Shown here piece by piece: positions 60,859 to 64,000 of a stretch of 64,000 nt of DNA. A program made the position numbers and the translations under genes. Numbering within the stretch: the first letter of the stretch is position 1; each line of letters begins with the position of its first letter. The notes under the pieces were generated by a model. It was not told the origin of the DNA and ran no database searches. It saw only the letters and a list, made by a program, of their open reading frames with translations. This stretch comes from an uncultured bacterium (GTDB lineage Bacteria > Zhuqueibacterota > QNDG01 > CAYUAG01): contig CAYUAG010000003.1 in the NCBI GenBank assembly GCA_964442615.1, positions 2,346 to 66,345 of the forward strand, written 5' to 3'.

Positions 60859-62160
60859 TTATGCTTTAACAACTTTTTTACTTTTCTTTTTAATTGCATT
60901 ACGGGTATCAATAATCAATGGGGCATGTTTTAAAACCTTATTAAAATCATAACGGGAATGATCAGTTGAAATAAGTACAGCATCATAAGTCGAAAGATGA
61001 GTAGGTGTTAATTCTATACTCTTCATATGATAATCATACTTTCTTACTTTTGGTATCATTGGTATATAAGGATCATTATAATCTACACAGGCACCCCTTT
61101 TATTTAATATCTCAATTAGTTTCAGACTTGGACTTTCTCTGAGATCATCAACGTCTTTTTTATAGCCAATCCCTAAAATTAATATTCGAGCTCCTTTTAT
61201 GCTTTTTCCTCTGTCATTTAAAGCCGCAACTACTTTTTCTACTACCCAGTAAGGCATAGAGGTGTTTATTTCACCAGCAAGTTCAATAAACTTGGTGGGC
61301 ATGTCATATTCCTTTGCCTTCCAGGTCAGATAGAAGGGATCAATAGGAATACAGTGTCCACCTAAACCAGGACCAGGATAGAAAGGCATAAAGCCAAATG
61401 GTTTGGTAGCAGCAGCTTCAATTACTTCATGTATATCAATTCCCATACGATCCAGGATCATTTTCATTTCATTGACAAGAGCAATATTTACACTCCGGAA
61501 AATATTTTCCAGCAGTTTAGTAGCTTCAGCAGCTTGACTGGATGACACAGGTACTGTTTTTACAATAACCTGATCATAGAGTGCAATGGTGCATTTCAGT
61601 CCATAAGGATCGTTACATCCAACTACTTTAGGGATTTCTTTGGTTGAATACTTAGGATTATTCGGATCCTCTCTTTCCGGTGAGAAAGCAAGATAAAATT
61701 CCTTTCCATATTCTAAACCTGATTTTTCCAGTATAGGACGCATAACCTCCTCTGTAGTTCCAGGAAAAGTTGAACTTTCCAAAATTACCAGATGATCATT
61801 TTTCAGATAGTTTGAGATTGTCTCAGATGTGCTTTTTATATAGGTAAGATCTGGCTGGTGATGTTTATCTAAAGGAGTAGGAACTGCAACAATAATACAA
61901 TCGGTTTTTTTAAGCAGGGAAAAGTCTGTTGTTACAGTTATAGAAGTCTGTTTAATTGCTTTTTTAATACGTTCCTGAGAAATATGCTTGATATAGGTCT
62001 CTCCCTTTTTTAATATTTTAATTTTATCTTTATCAATATCATAACCAATTGTAGAAAATCCCTGTTCGACAAATTCTAAAAGTAAAGGCAGTCCTACATA
62101 TCCTAGACCAATAATACCAACCACAGCTTGTTTTTTTTCAATTTTTTCTTTTAAATTCAA
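60859..62160 (-). CDS. Nucleotide-sugar dehydrogenase (UDP-GlcNAc/UDP-ManNAc/UDP-Glc 6-dehydrogenase family)
   Basis: N-terminal Rossmann VVGIIGLGYVGLPLLLEF, catalytic Cys region (GGHCIPIDP), and C-terminal UDP-binding domain. Confidence 0.85.
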   Translation of the reverse strand: MNLKEKIEKKQAVVGIIGLGYVGLPLLLEFVEQGFSTIGYDIDKDKIKILKKGETYIKHISQERIKKAIKQTSITVTTDFSLLKKTDCIIVAVPTPLDKHHQPDLTYIKSTSETISNYLKNDHLVILESSTFPGTTEEVMRPILEKSGLEYGKEFYLAFSPEREDPNNPKYSTKEIPKVVGCNDPYGLKCTIALYDQVIVKTVPVSSSQAAEATKLLENIFRSVNIALVNEMKMILDRMGIDIHEVIEAAATKPFGFMPFYPGPGLGGHCIPIDPFYLTWKAKEYDMPTKFIELAGEINTSMPYWVVEKVVAALNDRGKSIKGARILILGIGYKKDVDDLRESPSLKLIEILNKRGACVDYNDPYIPMIPKVRKYDYHMKSIELTPTHLSTYDAVLISTDHSRYDFNKVLKHAPLIIDTRNAIKKKSKKVVKA

Positions 62161-62175
62161 ATTTTTATCCTTTTG

Positions 62176-63177
62176 TTAATCTTGTCTATACTGTTTTTTG
62201 TAATATTCCATATACTCCCCACTTTTTATTTTTTCCCACCACCATCTGTTTTCTATATACCATTGAATGGTCTTTTGCATGGCGTTTTTAAATGAAGCAG
62301 CAGGTTTCCATCCTAATCTACTTAGTCTTTGAGTATCAAGTGCATATCTTCTGTCATGTCCCTTTCTATCTTTTACAAATGTCATTAAATCTTTAGATTT
62401 ATCCAGTTTTTTTAAAATTATATCTGTAATCTCTAAGTTATTTTTTTCATTTCCAGCCCCAATATTATAGGCTTCACCATCCTTTCCGTTTTCCATAATT
62501 AATTCAATGGCTTGACAGTTATCTGTAACATAAAGCCAATCACGCACATTTTTCCCATCTCCATAGATAGGGAGTTCTTTATCCTCAAGGGCATTTGTTA
62601 TGAAAAGAGGAATCAATTTTTCTGGATATTGATAAGGACCAAAATTGTTAGAACTTCTGGGAATAACCACAGACATATTATAGGTTACATAGTAGGAATA
62701 AACCAACCTATCACCCCCAGCTTTGGAAGCAGCATAAGGGCTTGAAGGCATTAAAGCATCTGTTTCCTTAAAATAACCTTTATCTATACTTCCGTATACT
62801 TCATCTGTACTTATCTGAACAAACCTTTCAATTCCAAACTCTTTTGCTGCTTCTAAAAGAACATAAACACCATAAACATCTGTTTTAATAAAGTCATCAG
62901 CACTGCCAATGGAACGGTCGACATGGCTTTCTGCTGCAAAATTGATCACTATATTTGACTTTTTTATACATTCCCTTACAACTTCAGGATTACAAATATC
63001 TCCCTTTACAAATTGATATCTCTCATCATTTTCAATATCTTTTAAATTATCCAGATTGCCAGCATAGGTCAATTTGTCTAAGTTTATAATGTTTATATCA
63101 TTTCTGTTTTCAAGCATATAGCGGATAAAATTACTACCAATAAAACCTGCACCACCAGTTACCAGTAATGTGTTCAT
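62176..63177 (-). CDS. rfbB: dTDP-glucose 4,6-dehydratase
   Basis: MNTLLVTGGAGFIGSNF Rossmann. Catalytic YAASKAGGD (YxxxK). Characteristic C-terminal tail. Confidence 0.9.
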   Translation of the reverse strand: MNTLLVTGGAGFIGSNFIRYMLENRNDINIINLDKLTYAGNLDNLKDIENDERYQFVKGDICNPEVVRECIKKSNIVINFAAESHVDRSIGSADDFIKTDVYGVYVLLEAAKEFGIERFVQISTDEVYGSIDKGYFKETDALMPSSPYAASKAGGDRLVYSYYVTYNMSVVIPRSSNNFGPYQYPEKLIPLFITNALEDKELPIYGDGKNVRDWLYVTDNCQAIELIMENGKDGEAYNIGAGNEKNNLEITDIILKKLDKSKDLMTFVKDRKGHDRRYALDTQRLSRLGWKPAASFKNAMQKTIQWYIENRWWWEKIKSGEYMEYYKKQYRQD

Positions 63178-63239
63178 TCACCACCTATAATTTGTCATAA
63201 AATAATATTTTAAAGGATACACTGGGCATTATTTCTGAT

Positions 63240-63695
63240 TCAACCCATTTTGATTTCCCAGTCATAAGGGACTTTATCTGAATTCCATGGCAGTCTGTGT
63301 TCATCAGGATTTTCTCTGTTATAAGGTTGGGTAGGACAATTTACCACATATGCTTTTTCCCCACTTATACATTTCCACCCATGGTATACATGTTTTGGTA
63401 TATGAACAAGAATGGGATTATTTTCACCAATAAAAAATTCATTGACCTCTCCTTTGCTTGAAGAGTCTTCCCGGCCATCAAAAAGAGCGAGTTTTAACAT
63501 ACCCTTAACCACACACACATTATCATCCTGAAATTTATGGTAATGCCAGGCCTTTACGATCCCTGGATAGGTTGTGGTAACATACACTTGACCGAATTTT
63601 TCAAATAGGTTATCATCACTTCGTAAGATCTCCATGAGATGACCACGCTCATCTGGTATCACCCGAAGGTTTTTAATTTGTACTCCATCTATCAT
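63240..63695 (-). CDS. RmlC-like cupin: dTDP-4-dehydrorhamnose 3,5-epimerase family (or related WxcM/FdtA-like sugar isomerase)
   Basis: DERGHLMEI...KAWHYHKFQDDNVCVVKG resembles the RmlC/FdtA DERG..E...H.H...Q...V.C..G pattern. At 151 aa it is shorter than canonical RmlC. Confidence 0.55.
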   Translation of the reverse strand: MIDGVQIKNLRVIPDERGHLMEILRSDDNLFEKFGQVYVTTTYPGIVKAWHYHKFQDDNVCVVKGMLKLALFDGREDSSSKGEVNEFFIGENNPILVHIPKHVYHGWKCISGEKAYVVNCPTQPYNRENPDEHRLPWNSDKVPYDWEIKMG

Positions 63696-63882
63696 CTATT
63701 GTCCCTCCAATAATGTAGAACTAATGTAACAAATTATAGAGAAAAAGTCAATAAAAGGTAAATTATGAAGAATATCATATTTTAATATGAAAACACTTAT
63801 TTAAAGATGGGTAAATTACAGTGTAATATTTTCTGGATAATCCTTGATTCAATTAACCTGTATAAAAATTATTTTTTCTATG

Positions 63883-64000
63883 TCTGGAAAGCTTTTTTCA
63901 ACTGTCTTCTAATTACATAACGCTGGCAAATTACTAAAAAGAGAGCCCAGATATTGAAAGGAACACAGATTATCCAGAATATCAAGTCTAAACGACCAAG
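63883..64000 (-). CDS. 3' end of a minus-strand gene for a hydrophobic (membrane) protein, truncated by the window edge
   Basis: The reverse-strand reading ...LGRLDLIFWIICVPFNIWALFLVICQRYVIRRQLKKAFQT* is open to the window end. Product not identifiable. Confidence 0.3.

Noticed and set aside
1-64000. Search for mobile elements, CRISPR arrays and defence systems
   Set aside because: No transposase or integrase motifs (DDE, tyrosine recombinase R..H..R..Y) were seen. No regularly spaced direct repeats, and no nuclease, helicase or methyltransferase defence-type genes. The hypothesis that the GC-rich block is a mobile island therefore rests on composition alone.

Overview
This 64-kb window is an AT-rich fragment (about 30-37% GC by eye) from an uncultivated bacterium. 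A protein carrying a T9SS (Por) C-terminal sorting domain, the LptD/Wza/Wzx/Wzy outer-membrane machinery and LytTR regulation place it in or near the FCB (Bacteroidota-like) group of candidate phyla. Gene density is high, and no rRNA, tRNA, CRISPR array, transposase or integrase was seen. Layout: (i) 1-10.7 kb, a plus-strand island of secreted hydrolases, partly in a visibly GC-richer stretch (1-6.8 kb) that also holds a decayed FtsX permease remnant. (ii) 10.9-25 kb, two paralogous operons, each an ABC ATPase followed by a very large permease fused to an M1-like zinc peptidase domain, arranged as a mirror image around a LytS-like histidine kinase / LytTR response regulator pair. This is the most unusual system in the window. 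(iii) 25-38 kb, housekeeping genes (cspA, an ABC/membrane/amidohydrolase module, ddl, an lptD-like gene, ROK glucokinase, rarA, flavodoxin). (iv) 38.9-42.3 kb, an archaeal-type GatD/GatE Glu-tRNA(Gln) amidotransferase pair in an otherwise bacterial context. (v) 42.4-48.2 kb, a LolD/FtsX-type ABC pair, ychF, and a hybrid histidine kinase broken by a single in-frame TAA. (vi) 48.4-64 kb, serS followed by a 12-gene Wzx/Wzy-dependent polysaccharide locus on the minus strand. All functional calls are based on motifs read directly from the translations. No database search was run.
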